A DNA stretch of 64,000 bases. Origin: Planctomycetota bacterium. Its GTDB lineage: Bacteria > Planctomycetota > Phycisphaerae > Phycisphaerales > Phycisphaeraceae. The notes under the pieces are model-generated. The model made no database searches and had not been told where the DNA came from. It saw nothing but the letters and a program-made list of their open reading frames with translations. Each line of letters opens with the position of its first letter. Position 1 is the stretch's first letter. Positions 47,972 to 56,510 of the stretch are shown piece after piece. The position numbers were made by a program, and so were the translations under genes. Where the stretch lies: the NCBI GenBank assembly GCA_038749735.1, contig JBCDHS010000008.1, forward strand, positions 5,797 to 69,796, in the 5' to 3' direction.

Positions 47972-48886
47972 ATGGCGAAGATGTTTTATACGCTCGACGA
48001 AGCCGCGGAAAAGCTCGGCGTCGATGCCCAGTCCATCAAAGACATGGCCGCCCGCAATGAACTTCAGCAGTTCCGTGACGGCGACAAGCTGATGTTCAAG
48101 CGTGACCAGATCGATGCCAAAGCCAGCAGCGGTATGTCCGACGGCCCGATCCCGCTGGCTGATTCGGGGATCAGCGACGCGATCGACATCAAGGCCGACA
48201 CCGCCATCCCACCCAAGGAAGAAAACCCCAACGAAGCCACCGGCGTGAGCGTGTTCGATGCCGGCGAGGTCGATATGGTCGACCCGATGGCCCAGACCAT
48301 GGTCACCTCCGCGTCCATCGACGACGAGGACCTCGCCTTGGAATCGGTCGGCTCGGGCTCGGGCCTGCTGGACCTGACCCGCGAGTCGGACGATACCTCG
48401 CTCGGTGCCGAACTGCTCGACGAGATCTACCCCGGCTCGGGCGACACCGGCGCGGGCGGGAGCGTGGCGATGGACTCGGCCGTGGGTTCCTCCGGCGTCT
48501 TCGACGGCGCGATCTCGATGGAGACCGGCGTGTCAGGCCCCTCGGGCCTGGAAAACCTCTCCGGCCCGGCCGCGACGACGGGCACCAGCGCTTCGGCACC
48601 GACCAGCACGCCACGGTACGAGTCCGAGGAATTCGACCCGGCCGGCAGCGGATTCGGGGCGGGCATGATGTTTGGCGTGATGGTCGCCATGGTCATCGGC
48701 CTGCTGGTCGTCATCCCCTACCTCGCGGGGGTCGACGGGATCATCGTCGAGAAGTTCCCGCCGCTTGATAAGAACGAGATGCTCCCGCTGAACAACGCGT
48801 ACCTCCTGGCCATCATCCCGCTGGTGATCAGTATCATCTTCGGCGGGATCGGCGCCCTGGTCGGCAAGTCCATGGGCAGCAAGTAA
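47972..48886 (+). CDS. HTH (excisionase/HTH_17-like) + acidic linker + two C-terminal TM helices
   Basis: FYTLDEAAEKLG...FRDGDKLMFKRDQI; D/E/S/G-rich middle; two hydrophobic C-terminal segments; GGAG SD. Confidence 0.78.
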   Translation: MAKMFYTLDEAAEKLGVDAQSIKDMAARNELQQFRDGDKLMFKRDQIDAKASSGMSDGPIPLADSGISDAIDIKADTAIPPKEENPNEATGVSVFDAGEVDMVDPMAQTMVTSASIDDEDLALESVGSGSGLLDLTRESDDTSLGAELLDEIYPGSGDTGAGGSVAMDSAVGSSGVFDGAISMETGVSGPSGLENLSGPAATTGTSASAPTSTPRYESEEFDPAGSGFGAGMMFGVMVAMVIGLLVVIPYLAGVDGIIVEKFPPLDKNEMLPLNNAYLLAIIPLVISIIFGGIGALVGKSMGSK

Positions 48887-48910
48887 CCGACCCAAACTCA
48901 TCCAACTTCA

Positions 48911-48947
48911 AAGCCGCCCCGGTTCAAGACGGGGCGGCTTTTCTTTC
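48911..48947 (+). terminator. Intrinsic terminator
   Basis: AAGCCGCCCCG...CGGGGCGGCTT followed by TTCTTTC. Confidence 0.75.
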
Positions 48948-49010
48948 ACCACGGCAATGCGATTCTTGGGCGCAGCGTCGTGGCCCTGCCGATACCATGC
49001 CGGGACCCGT

Positions 49011-49799
49011 ATGCTCAGCAAGTACGCCAAGCAAGAATGCATCACCATCGCCGCAGTCGGCTTCATGCTGACCCTCGCGGTGATCGTCATCAATCTAGGG
49101 TGGCTGGCGCTCTTGATCGTCCCGCTGACCCTCGCGCTGTTGCTTTTCTTCCGTGACCCCGAACGCCGCACGCCGACCCAGCGCGGGGTCATGGTGGCCC
49201 CGGCCGACGGTCGGGTCAGCTCGATCCACGAGGTCGAACACTTCGAGCCGCTCGGGGGACCGGCCACGTGTGTCCGCATCTTCCTGAGCGTCTTTGACGT
49301 CCACATGAACTACAGCCCGTACCACACGGCGGTGGAGTCGGTGACGCACAAGCCCGGCGAGCACCTCAACGCGCTCAACCCCCAGTCGGCCGAGGACAAC
49401 GAATCCAACCTTCTGGTCCTGGTCCACCCCAACCGCAAGTACAAGATGTGTGCCGTGCGGCAGGTCGCGGGCCTGATCGCCCGCACGATCGTCTGCGTTG
49501 TCCAGTCCGAGCAGGTCCTGCAGCGTGGCCAGCGGATCGGGCTGATCAAGCTCGGCTCCACCACCGAGCTCTACATCGCCGCGGACCTGCAGCCCAAGGT
49601 CCACGTCCGCGAGGGCCAGAAGGTCACCGGCGGCGTGACGGTGCTTGCCGGCATCACCCCGAAGGAGGGCGCCGCGATCATCGCCCGGCCGGAAGACGGT
49701 GAGCCCGTCGAACAGGACACCGAGGACCAAGCCTCATCGGCAGATGAGCAGATATCAGAAACCCCAGATGAGGATGGGGTGGAAACCGGTGTCGCATAG
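49011..49799 (+). CDS. psd: Phosphatidylserine decarboxylase proenzyme (short type)
   Basis: FFRDPER, APADG, IFLSVFDVH, RQVAGLIAR and IKLGS self-cleavage motif. Confidence 0.9.
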   Translation: MLSKYAKQECITIAAVGFMLTLAVIVINLGWLALLIVPLTLALLLFFRDPERRTPTQRGVMVAPADGRVSSIHEVEHFEPLGGPATCVRIFLSVFDVHMNYSPYHTAVESVTHKPGEHLNALNPQSAEDNESNLLVLVHPNRKYKMCAVRQVAGLIARTIVCVVQSEQVLQRGQRIGLIKLGSTTELYIAADLQPKVHVREGQKVTGGVTVLAGITPKEGAAIIARPEDGEPVEQDTEDQASSADEQISETPDEDGVETGVA

Positions 49800-49835
49800 C
49801 AACGCGGTGATAGCTCGTGGCTCATCCCACGGCCC

Positions 49836-51512
49836 TCACTCCTTGCCCAGCCGGACAATCGCTCGGTAGTTGTCTTGGAAGAAGCTCCGCCAGCGGATGC
49901 GGTTGATTTCCATCTGCTCGCTGTCCTTGCTCATCTTGTCGAGCTTATCTCCCCAGGCGTTAAGCGTCTCAACAACTTGAGCATGGTCGGGGTGGCTCGG
50001 GTCGGCCTGGATTGCTTCCCAGTTCTGCGCGATCTCCTGGCTCGGCCAGGTCAGCGTCAGAGGCTCGGGCATCGCGTCAAACAGGTCCAGCATCTTCGAC
50101 AGATTAGGGTGGCCGCTTTTTTTTGCCTCAATGACTGCTTTCCACGCCGCGATCAGGTCGTCGTGGGTGTCGATGGCCATGGCCTGGGTTGTGACCGCGA
50201 TGATGCCATAATAATCGGGCGTGCCGTCGGGGAATGGGAAGGCCGTCGGATACGGATTAATTTCCGGGTCGGTCCATGTCACCCGCTGCTCATCGGTATA
50301 GATGTCCTGCCGGATCGGCTGGCGGCGGAGCTCGTACTTGTCCGGCGGGTCCATGCCGGCCGCGGTCGAGTCGAGTCGACGCTGCCAGACCCCCTGGGCC
50401 TCGATCGACAAGAGCCAGTGGATAAAGTGCTGCGCGAGTTCCTTGTGCGGGGCGCCGCGCAGCAGCGTGACCGGGTCGGCCGTGGTCGCGGTCATGCTCT
50501 TGCCGTCGATGATCGGATCGACGTAGCCGAGGCGGTCGCCGCCGATCATCCCCGACTGGTACCGGCCGTAGAAATCGATGCACATCCCCACTGCCGCGTC
50601 GCCTTTAGAGACATCGACAGGGATCTTGTCCGAGCTGGTCGCGAAGTACCGGGCGTTGGCAAAGACCCGGCGGAGCGTGTGCCACCCTTCGTCCCAGCCC
50701 TCGCGTCGGAGCACGGCGTTGAAAGTCGCGGTGATCGAGCCGGAGTGGCTTGGGTCGGCCAACGCCACCCAGCCGAGATACCTTGCATCCGTAAGATCAG
50801 CCCAGGTCGTGGGAGCCACCACAATGAACTCGGGGAGGGCGCTCTCTTGCTCATCGGCAGGCAAGGTGGGATCAAAACCCCCCACCCAATTACCGATTTT
50901 TAGTAATCGCAAAACATCCCGGTTGTACACGATGCCGAAGCTGGACAGCGTCACGCCGGTCCAGCCGAGGTACGTCTTGTCCTGCCCCTCCTCGACAAAG
51001 GTGTATCGCCGATAGAGGCGTTCGCCACCGATCCGCTCGGCGGGGAAGACGCTGGCCATCAACTCAGCGGGGATCTCCGGGTCATCGACGATCCGGAGGT
51101 CGATCTCTTGACCATCTCGCTCCACCTCAACGCCCGAGGCGACCTTGCCATGGTCATAGTCGCCGCCACCGAAGAACAGGTCGGCCCCGATGCCGTCGTC
51201 AAGGCTGTCGCCGCGGCTGACGATAGCTTCGTACTGGCTGAGGATCGATTTGCGGATGTCGCCGGTGCCGCCGGGGGAGCGCCAATCGAACTGCACCGGT
51301 GCCAGGCCGCTGGAGAGGCGGTGCTTGTTGTAGGCGATGGCGATCTCGTGGCGGATCTGCTCGTTGTGCGGCGTGAAGACGACCAGGCGGTGCTGCTCGT
51401 CGGCCTCGACGCGGCTGGCATCAGCGCCGCCCGCGGGCTTGAGCACGATCGGCACGCCCACAATCAGGACGAGCAGGCCGACGATGACGATCTTGGGAAG
51501 GGCATCTCGCAT
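49836..51512 (-). CDS. ABC transporter substrate-binding protein (Fe3+/thiamine-like cluster)
   Basis: ADLFFGGG, GIVYN, LADPSHSGS, GWDEGW, GDAAVGMCIDFYG and KELAQHFIHWLLS motifs. Confidence 0.82.
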   Translation of the reverse strand: MRDALPKIVIVGLLVLIVGVPIVLKPAGGADASRVEADEQHRLVVFTPHNEQIRHEIAIAYNKHRLSSGLAPVQFDWRSPGGTGDIRKSILSQYEAIVSRGDSLDDGIGADLFFGGGDYDHGKVASGVEVERDGQEIDLRIVDDPEIPAELMASVFPAERIGGERLYRRYTFVEEGQDKTYLGWTGVTLSSFGIVYNRDVLRLLKIGNWVGGFDPTLPADEQESALPEFIVVAPTTWADLTDARYLGWVALADPSHSGSITATFNAVLRREGWDEGWHTLRRVFANARYFATSSDKIPVDVSKGDAAVGMCIDFYGRYQSGMIGGDRLGYVDPIIDGKSMTATTADPVTLLRGAPHKELAQHFIHWLLSIEAQGVWQRRLDSTAAGMDPPDKYELRRQPIRQDIYTDEQRVTWTDPEINPYPTAFPFPDGTPDYYGIIAVTTQAMAIDTHDDLIAAWKAVIEAKKSGHPNLSKMLDLFDAMPEPLTLTWPSQEIAQNWEAIQADPSHPDHAQVVETLNAWGDKLDKMSKDSEQMEINRIRWRSFFQDNYRAIVRLGKE

Positions 51513-51518
51513 CGCCCA

Positions 51519-51524
51519 AGGATA
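51519..51524 (-). promoter_or_regulatory. -10 box TATCCT, leaderless-type
   Basis: 6 nt before ATG 51512; no SD. Confidence 0.55.
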
Positions 51525-51535
51525 GCGGCCAAGAA

Positions 51536-52693
51536 CTAATTCAGCAGCCTGTCTTGCGCAAGTTTTACGGCGGCCTGTTCAAGCAGCTCGCCCGATCGGC
51601 GGATCGATTCCTCGGCCGGCAAGCCCGCGCCGATGACGTGGTAGGCGGACAGGCCGTGCCTGAGCGCGTGGTCGGCCCCCTCGCCAGCGCTGCCGACGAG
51701 CGCATGGCACGGCACGCCCGCCGCTTGGCAACGCCTCGCGACCGCAATCACCGCCTTGCCGTTCAACGATTGGTGATCGAGTCGGCCCTCCCCGGTGATG
51801 ACCAGGTCCGCGCCGCTGATCCGCTCATCAAAGCCGATCGTTTCCAGGATCAGTTCGGCTCCGGGCACCAGTTCCGCCCCAAGCATTGCCACCAGTCCCC
51901 CGGCCACGCCGCCCGCCGCGCCCGCGCCCGGCAGGTGCTCGACATCAACCCCCAGCTGATCACGCCAGAGACCGGCGATATGCCGCAGGCCCGCGTCAAG
52001 CTGCTCGACCTGCGGCGGGGTCGCGCCCTTCTGCGGGCCGTAGACATGCGCGGCCCCCGCAGCCCCGGTGAGCGGATTATCCACATCACAGGCCAGGACG
52101 AGCCTTGCGCCAACGTCTTCAAAGACGCTGCGCTCGGGCAGCTTGATCCGGCTGATGCGCGTCAGGGCTTGGCCTCCAGCGTATGGCTTGATCGGCTGCC
52201 CATCACGGTCGGTCAGCTTGACGCCCAGATGCATCGCGATCCCGATCCCGGCATCAACCGTCGCGCTGCCCCCCAGCCCCAGGATGTACCGCGTAGCGGC
52301 GCAGCTGGCCACCGCTTTGGACAACAGCATGCCGCTGCCCAGGGTTGAGGTCTTGAAAGGGTCACGTTCATGCGGCTTGAGCCGTTCGATCCCTGACGCA
52401 CCGGCCAGGTCCATGATGACCGCGGTGCTTGGCGCATGGGCGCTATGCCCGATCTCGATCCACTCGGCCAGGGTCGGGCGGCCCAATGCATCAACGGTGG
52501 GCTCGCGGGTCGTCATGGCGTCGGGCTCGTTCTGCGCGTAGGCCCGAGCAAATCCCTCGCCTCCGTCTGACATCACCAAGCGTTGAACGCGAGCCTCGGG
52601 CACGGCCTTGTGCACGCCGGCCATGATGCGCCTGCCGGCTTGCTCTGAGCCCAGAGCGTCTTTGAAGCTGTCCGGGGCGACGACGATCTGCAT
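51536..52693 (-). CDS. glxK: Glycerate kinase
   Basis: IVVAPDSFKDAL, SDGGEG, GLGGSATVDAG, YGPQKGA and TGEGRLDHQS motifs. Confidence 0.93.
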   Translation of the reverse strand: MQIVVAPDSFKDALGSEQAGRRIMAGVHKAVPEARVQRLVMSDGGEGFARAYAQNEPDAMTTREPTVDALGRPTLAEWIEIGHSAHAPSTAVIMDLAGASGIERLKPHERDPFKTSTLGSGMLLSKAVASCAATRYILGLGGSATVDAGIGIAMHLGVKLTDRDGQPIKPYAGGQALTRISRIKLPERSVFEDVGARLVLACDVDNPLTGAAGAAHVYGPQKGATPPQVEQLDAGLRHIAGLWRDQLGVDVEHLPGAGAAGGVAGGLVAMLGAELVPGAELILETIGFDERISGADLVITGEGRLDHQSLNGKAVIAVARRCQAAGVPCHALVGSAGEGADHALRHGLSAYHVIGAGLPAEESIRRSGELLEQAAVKLAQDRLLN

Positions 52694-52699
52694 GCGGGC

Positions 52700-52724
52700 A
52701 TCCTAGCCGGCTCAGGCGTAGACT
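52700..52724. promoter_or_regulatory. Back-to-back -10 boxes TAGGAT (minus) and TAGACT (plus)
   Basis: Each lies exactly 6 nt before its ATG (52693 and 52731); the spacer is 37 bp. Confidence 0.65.
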
Positions 52725-52730
52725 GGGACG

Positions 52731-53240
52731 ATGGATGCGACCGTCACCGAGGTTGATACGGCGATGATGCGGCTTGCCCTCCAACAAGCCGAGCGAGCGG
52801 CCGAGATCGGTGAAGTCCCCGTCGGCGCGGTGGTCTACCGTGACCAGGCGGTGATCGCCAAAGCGCACAACCGGCGAGAGACCTGGGCAGACCCCACCGC
52901 TCATGCCGAGCTGATCGCGATGCGTGAGGCGGCGAAGAAGCTAGGCACCTGGCGGCTCGACGGCTGCCGGGTCGCGGTCACGCTCGAGCCTTGTCCGATG
53001 TGCGCCGGGGCCATGGTCAACGCCCGGGTCCAGGCCGCCGTCTTCGGGATCACCGACCCAAAGATGGGCTGTGTCCAGACCCTTCACCGGTTGCTGGACA
53101 CCCCGGCATTCAACCACCGCGTGCAGTGGGTCGGCGGCGTGCTGGCGGAGGAGAGCCTGAGGCTGCTGCAGGACTTCTTCCGGGCCAGGCGTCGGACCGA
53201 TCGGCCTCCCAAGCCCGGCCCGCCTCAAACAAAACGCTGA
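52731..53240 (+). CDS. tadA: tRNA-specific adenosine deaminase
   Basis: GEVPVGAV, DPTAHAE and TLEPCPMCAGA motifs. Confidence 0.93.
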   Translation: MDATVTEVDTAMMRLALQQAERAAEIGEVPVGAVVYRDQAVIAKAHNRRETWADPTAHAELIAMREAAKKLGTWRLDGCRVAVTLEPCPMCAGAMVNARVQAAVFGITDPKMGCVQTLHRLLDTPAFNHRVQWVGGVLAEESLRLLQDFFRARRRTDRPPKPGPPQTKR

Positions 53241-53878
53241 TGCAACCCAAACCAGACAAGCCGGTAATCCAACCCGTGACCGCGATCCATGCCAGCCAGG
53301 TGCCGCTGGACGGGGCCGACGACGGGATGCTGGCGTCCCTCGTGGCCAACGGGGATCGCTCGGCCGCGGCGGAACTGGTCCGTCGGCACCAGGCCGCGGT
53401 CCGTGGGTTCTTGCGGGTGGTTTGTTACGACCGCTCGGCGACAGATGACCTGGCCCAGGAGACCTTCCTCCGCGCCATCCGATACGCCGAACGGTACGAC
53501 CCGAAGTACCCCATGCGGGGCTGGCTGTTGACGATCGCCCGTCGGTTATCAATCAACCACGGCAACAAGACGCGCCGACGTCGGCCGGCCGCCGGGGTTG
53601 AGTTGGAACGGGTCGTATCGGATACGGCGCAGCCCGATGCGGGCCTGGACGAGGCCGAACAACAAGCCCTGACCAAACGCATGGTCGCAGACGCCATGCA
53701 AAAACTCAGTGAGCCTCAGCGGATAGCCATCGCCCTGCACTACCAACAGGGCCTGCCCCTCGAAGAGATCGCCCATCGATTGGCAATGCCCATAGGCACG
53801 GTCAAGAGCCACCTGCACCGCGGCCGCAAGAGGATGAAACAGCTATTGCAACCGGGGATCGAGGAGGTCTTGTCATGA
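53240..53878 (+). CDS. ECF sigma-70 factor
   Basis: DDLAQETFLRA...GWLLTIARR and LSEPQR...GTVKSHLHRGR motifs; TGATG overlap with tadA. Confidence 0.9.
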   Translation: MQPKPDKPVIQPVTAIHASQVPLDGADDGMLASLVANGDRSAAAELVRRHQAAVRGFLRVVCYDRSATDDLAQETFLRAIRYAERYDPKYPMRGWLLTIARRLSINHGNKTRRRRPAAGVELERVVSDTAQPDAGLDEAEQQALTKRMVADAMQKLSEPQRIAIALHYQQGLPLEEIAHRLAMPIGTVKSHLHRGRKRMKQLLQPGIEEVLS

Positions 53879-54444
53879 ACGACAGCACGAACAATCAAAG
53901 CGACGATGCAACCACCCCGCTCGCCCCGCTCAACGAACACGAGCAGGCATGGGCCGGCTTGTTGAAGCACACTGACGCCGACCTGCTCTCGGATAGCGAC
54001 GCCTTTGTGGACGGTGTCATGGATCGGCTGGAGCGTGAGCGCGGTGTTTTCGTCTTGGCCCGCGTCGGCCGGCGCCTGGGCGATTGGAAGCCTTTGGCGG
54101 CTGCGGCCGCCGTCGCCATGGCCGCGCTGCTGGGCTGGTTTGTCTGGACAGGAGATCCGGATCACACGGGCCCAAACCTTGCCGAGCAAACGCCCCCGAC
54201 GACAACCAAACTGCCCGGCACGCTGAAAGACAACCAGCACGCGGACGCCCGGCCTCGGCCCGAGGATATCAACGTCGGCCAGCTGATCGGCGACTTCTCA
54301 CGCTCGGTCACCCGGCCTCAGGTCACCGTCCTGCCCCCGGAGCAGACGCCTAACCGGCTACAAAAAGTCCTCTCGCTTTTCGAGAACCCGGTCCAAGATG
54401 CCGGCCGCTTTATCCCGCAACGTGCCAACCCAGAGCGCGGCTAA
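53875..54444 (+). CDS. Single-TM protein, putative anti-sigma factor
   Basis: ATGA overlap with the ECF gene; FVDGVMDRL helix and TM LAAAAAVAMAALLGWFVW. Confidence 0.7.
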   Translation: MNDSTNNQSDDATTPLAPLNEHEQAWAGLLKHTDADLLSDSDAFVDGVMDRLERERGVFVLARVGRRLGDWKPLAAAAAVAMAALLGWFVWTGDPDHTGPNLAEQTPPTTTKLPGTLKDNQHADARPRPEDINVGQLIGDFSRSVTRPQVTVLPPEQTPNRLQKVLSLFENPVQDAGRFIPQRANPERG

Positions 54445-54501
54445 GCCAACTGTACACCATCATCCCAACGCCATCCCTCGCTCCTCTTTCGGGAATCGCA
54501 T

Positions 54502-56049
54502 ATGACCCTACACACACCACGCCTGCTGCTGCTCACCCTCGCCCTGACGGTCGGCCTACCCGCCGCGGGACAATCGGCGGCCCGGATGGCCCCGGCCGAC
54601 ACGCAGGTCTTCATCCACATCGAAGAACCCGCCGACTGGTTCGCCGCCCTGGCCGACGGTGCCATCGGTGACGCCGTCCGTCAGCAGATCGAAGAGGAAT
54701 CAGACCTCGGATTCCTCCTGGCCCTGCTGGGCATGGACTTTGACGAGTTCCTCGAGGCCTATTTCGGTGAAGAGGTGGTCGTCCTTGGGGCGTCGGCCGG
54801 CGAAGACGAAGGGCCGGGCATCATCCTGACCAAGGTCAGCCAGGACAACCGCGACCACCTGATCGACTCGTTTGATCTCAAACGGGCCGGGGCAATCGGT
54901 GACGCGCCGATGTGGGCCTCTCAGGACGGCAACGGCTACTTCGTCATGCTGGAGGACTGGGTCGCGTTCTGCGATATGGAATCGCTCGATTACATGCAGA
55001 CGGTGCTGGAGAACAAGCCGGCCGACGGCACCCTGGCCGACACCGACGCCTACGCCTACTGGACGGGCATGCTCGACATCGACCGCAACGCGACCGTGCT
55101 GTTCCTCGACGGCGAAGACAACCGCCACGCGATGAGCATCATCCGCAGCGGCAAGCTGATGGACATGACCTACGCCGGCCGCTCGCCCGACTTCGACGAC
55201 ATGATGCTCATGCTCGGCGACACCGAACTGGCCGACTTCGGCCCCCTGCCGATCCAAACCATCGCGGCGGTGTCGTTCAACCTCAAGGCCGACCCTGATC
55301 AGACAAACCCGTTGTTGGGCGGGCTTGACTTACTCACCTCGCCGACTTCATTCCGCGACGATATCCTGCCCAAGCTCGACACCCCGAGCCTGTTGTTCCT
55401 CGGCTCGGCTGGGGGTGAACAGACCGGGCTGGACGTGGACCTGCCGGTCGCGGGCTTCGCGGTGAAGATGAAGGACAGCTCGGCGGCGGCTGACTTACAG
55501 GCGATGATGGACCGCCTGGTACTGCTGGGCAATATGGCCACCGCAGAGACCGATGCCGGGCCGATCCCATTCAAGACCGTTGAGTACGGCGGTTCGACGC
55601 TTCGGATCGCCGAGGTGGGCAAGGTTATCGCGCCGTTTGCCGAGTGGCCGGAGCTCGAGCCGGTGCAACTGGTCTACGGCCAGGTCGGCGACTACTACGT
55701 GGTCTGCACCCAAGAAGCCTTCTTCAAGCAGGTTGTTGATGCGCACGCCGGTGGCCTTCCCGCCCGGATGCGTCAGGAAGGGGCCGGCCACCCGATGGCG
55801 GTCGCGCCGATCATGGCGATGACCGCTCGCCCCGACAGCCTCGGTCGCCTGCTGCGGACCTGGCTGCCGCTGATCGAGCAGGGCGAACTGCCCGAAGACA
55901 TCCAACTCGGGTTCGAAGCGCCGGGCGCGATGGGGCAGTTTCAGGACTTCATCCAACTGCTCGAACAGTACAGCGAGTTCAAGCTGCAGCTCTGGCGCGG
56001 TAAGGACGGCCTCTTGATCGGTCGGGGCCAGCTGGTTCCCCCGCTGTGA
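54502..56049 (+). CDS. Secreted acidic protein (DUF3352-like)
   Basis: Signal peptide; APADTQVFIHI start; LVYGQVGDYYVVCT; strong codon bias. Confidence 0.6.
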   Translation: MTLHTPRLLLLTLALTVGLPAAGQSAARMAPADTQVFIHIEEPADWFAALADGAIGDAVRQQIEEESDLGFLLALLGMDFDEFLEAYFGEEVVVLGASAGEDEGPGIILTKVSQDNRDHLIDSFDLKRAGAIGDAPMWASQDGNGYFVMLEDWVAFCDMESLDYMQTVLENKPADGTLADTDAYAYWTGMLDIDRNATVLFLDGEDNRHAMSIIRSGKLMDMTYAGRSPDFDDMMLMLGDTELADFGPLPIQTIAAVSFNLKADPDQTNPLLGGLDLLTSPTSFRDDILPKLDTPSLLFLGSAGGEQTGLDVDLPVAGFAVKMKDSSAAADLQAMMDRLVLLGNMATAETDAGPIPFKTVEYGGSTLRIAEVGKVIAPFAEWPELEPVQLVYGQVGDYYVVCTQEAFFKQVVDAHAGGLPARMRQEGAGHPMAVAPIMAMTARPDSLGRLLRTWLPLIEQGELPEDIQLGFEAPGAMGQFQDFIQLLEQYSEFKLQLWRGKDGLLIGRGQLVPPL

Positions 56050-56105
56050 TGCGTCTCATCCGATATGCCAAGCTCGGCAGGACGGCCGCAACCCCGAGGG
56101 ACGCC

Positions 56106-56129
56106 GCTCGTACGGAGCCTCGCCTTCGC
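56106..56129. repeat. Degenerate REP-like unit GCTCGTACGGAGCCTCGCCTTCGC
   Basis: Shares the GCGAGGCTC core with the intergenic element at 60652-60721. Confidence 0.35.
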
Positions 56130-56188
56130 TTTTGAATTGGAACAATTGGCTTCGTTTCTGGCCGTGCCTTGGCTCCCCCTCCCTCTTA

Positions 56189-56320
56189 GAACGTGTACGA
56201 GAAGGTGGGGCGGGCATCTTGCCCGCCGTTTGAGCACCGCTCGAAACAGGCCTTTTCACGACGCCGTCGTGACGGCAGGCTGGAAGCCTACCCCACCTAA
56301 GGCACTTCTCGTACACGTTC
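56189..56320. mobile_element. MITE (132 bp) with 16-bp perfect TIRs and TTA target duplication
   Basis: GAACGTGTACGAGAAG (56189-56204) / CTTCTCGTACACGTTC (56305-56320); TTA at 56186-88 and 56321-23. Confidence 0.75.
56205..56296. repeat. Inverted REP doublet (REPIN-like) inside the MITE
   Basis: GTGGGGCGGGCATCTTGCCCGCC (56205-56227) and GGCAGGCTGGAAGCCTACCCCAC (56274-56296). Each is a GTGG foot plus a short hairpin. Confidence 0.7.
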
Positions 56321-56510
56321 TTAGGGAGGGGGCGAGGGGAGGGGTAAGGCGTGGGATCAACCGCGGTATACGGTTAGCAAATTGGCAAGCAGCGCAAGCA
56401 TTCTGTTCGCAAGCTTCGACTCGATTCCGGACACCCGACCCTCCCCCCGGCCCCCTCCCTAAGGGGGAGGGATAGCAAGGCGGCAACGGCCACTATTGAC
56501 ACATAGCGCG

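Larger units (their letters stand above)
56171..56476. repeat. Inverted pair of CCCTCCC-YTAG-GGAGGGGG palindromic repeats (first copy interrupted by a MITE)
   Basis: The reconstructed empty site CCCCCTCCCTCTTAGGGAGGGGGCGAGGGGAGGGG matches the reverse complement of 56447-56476. Confidence 0.6.
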
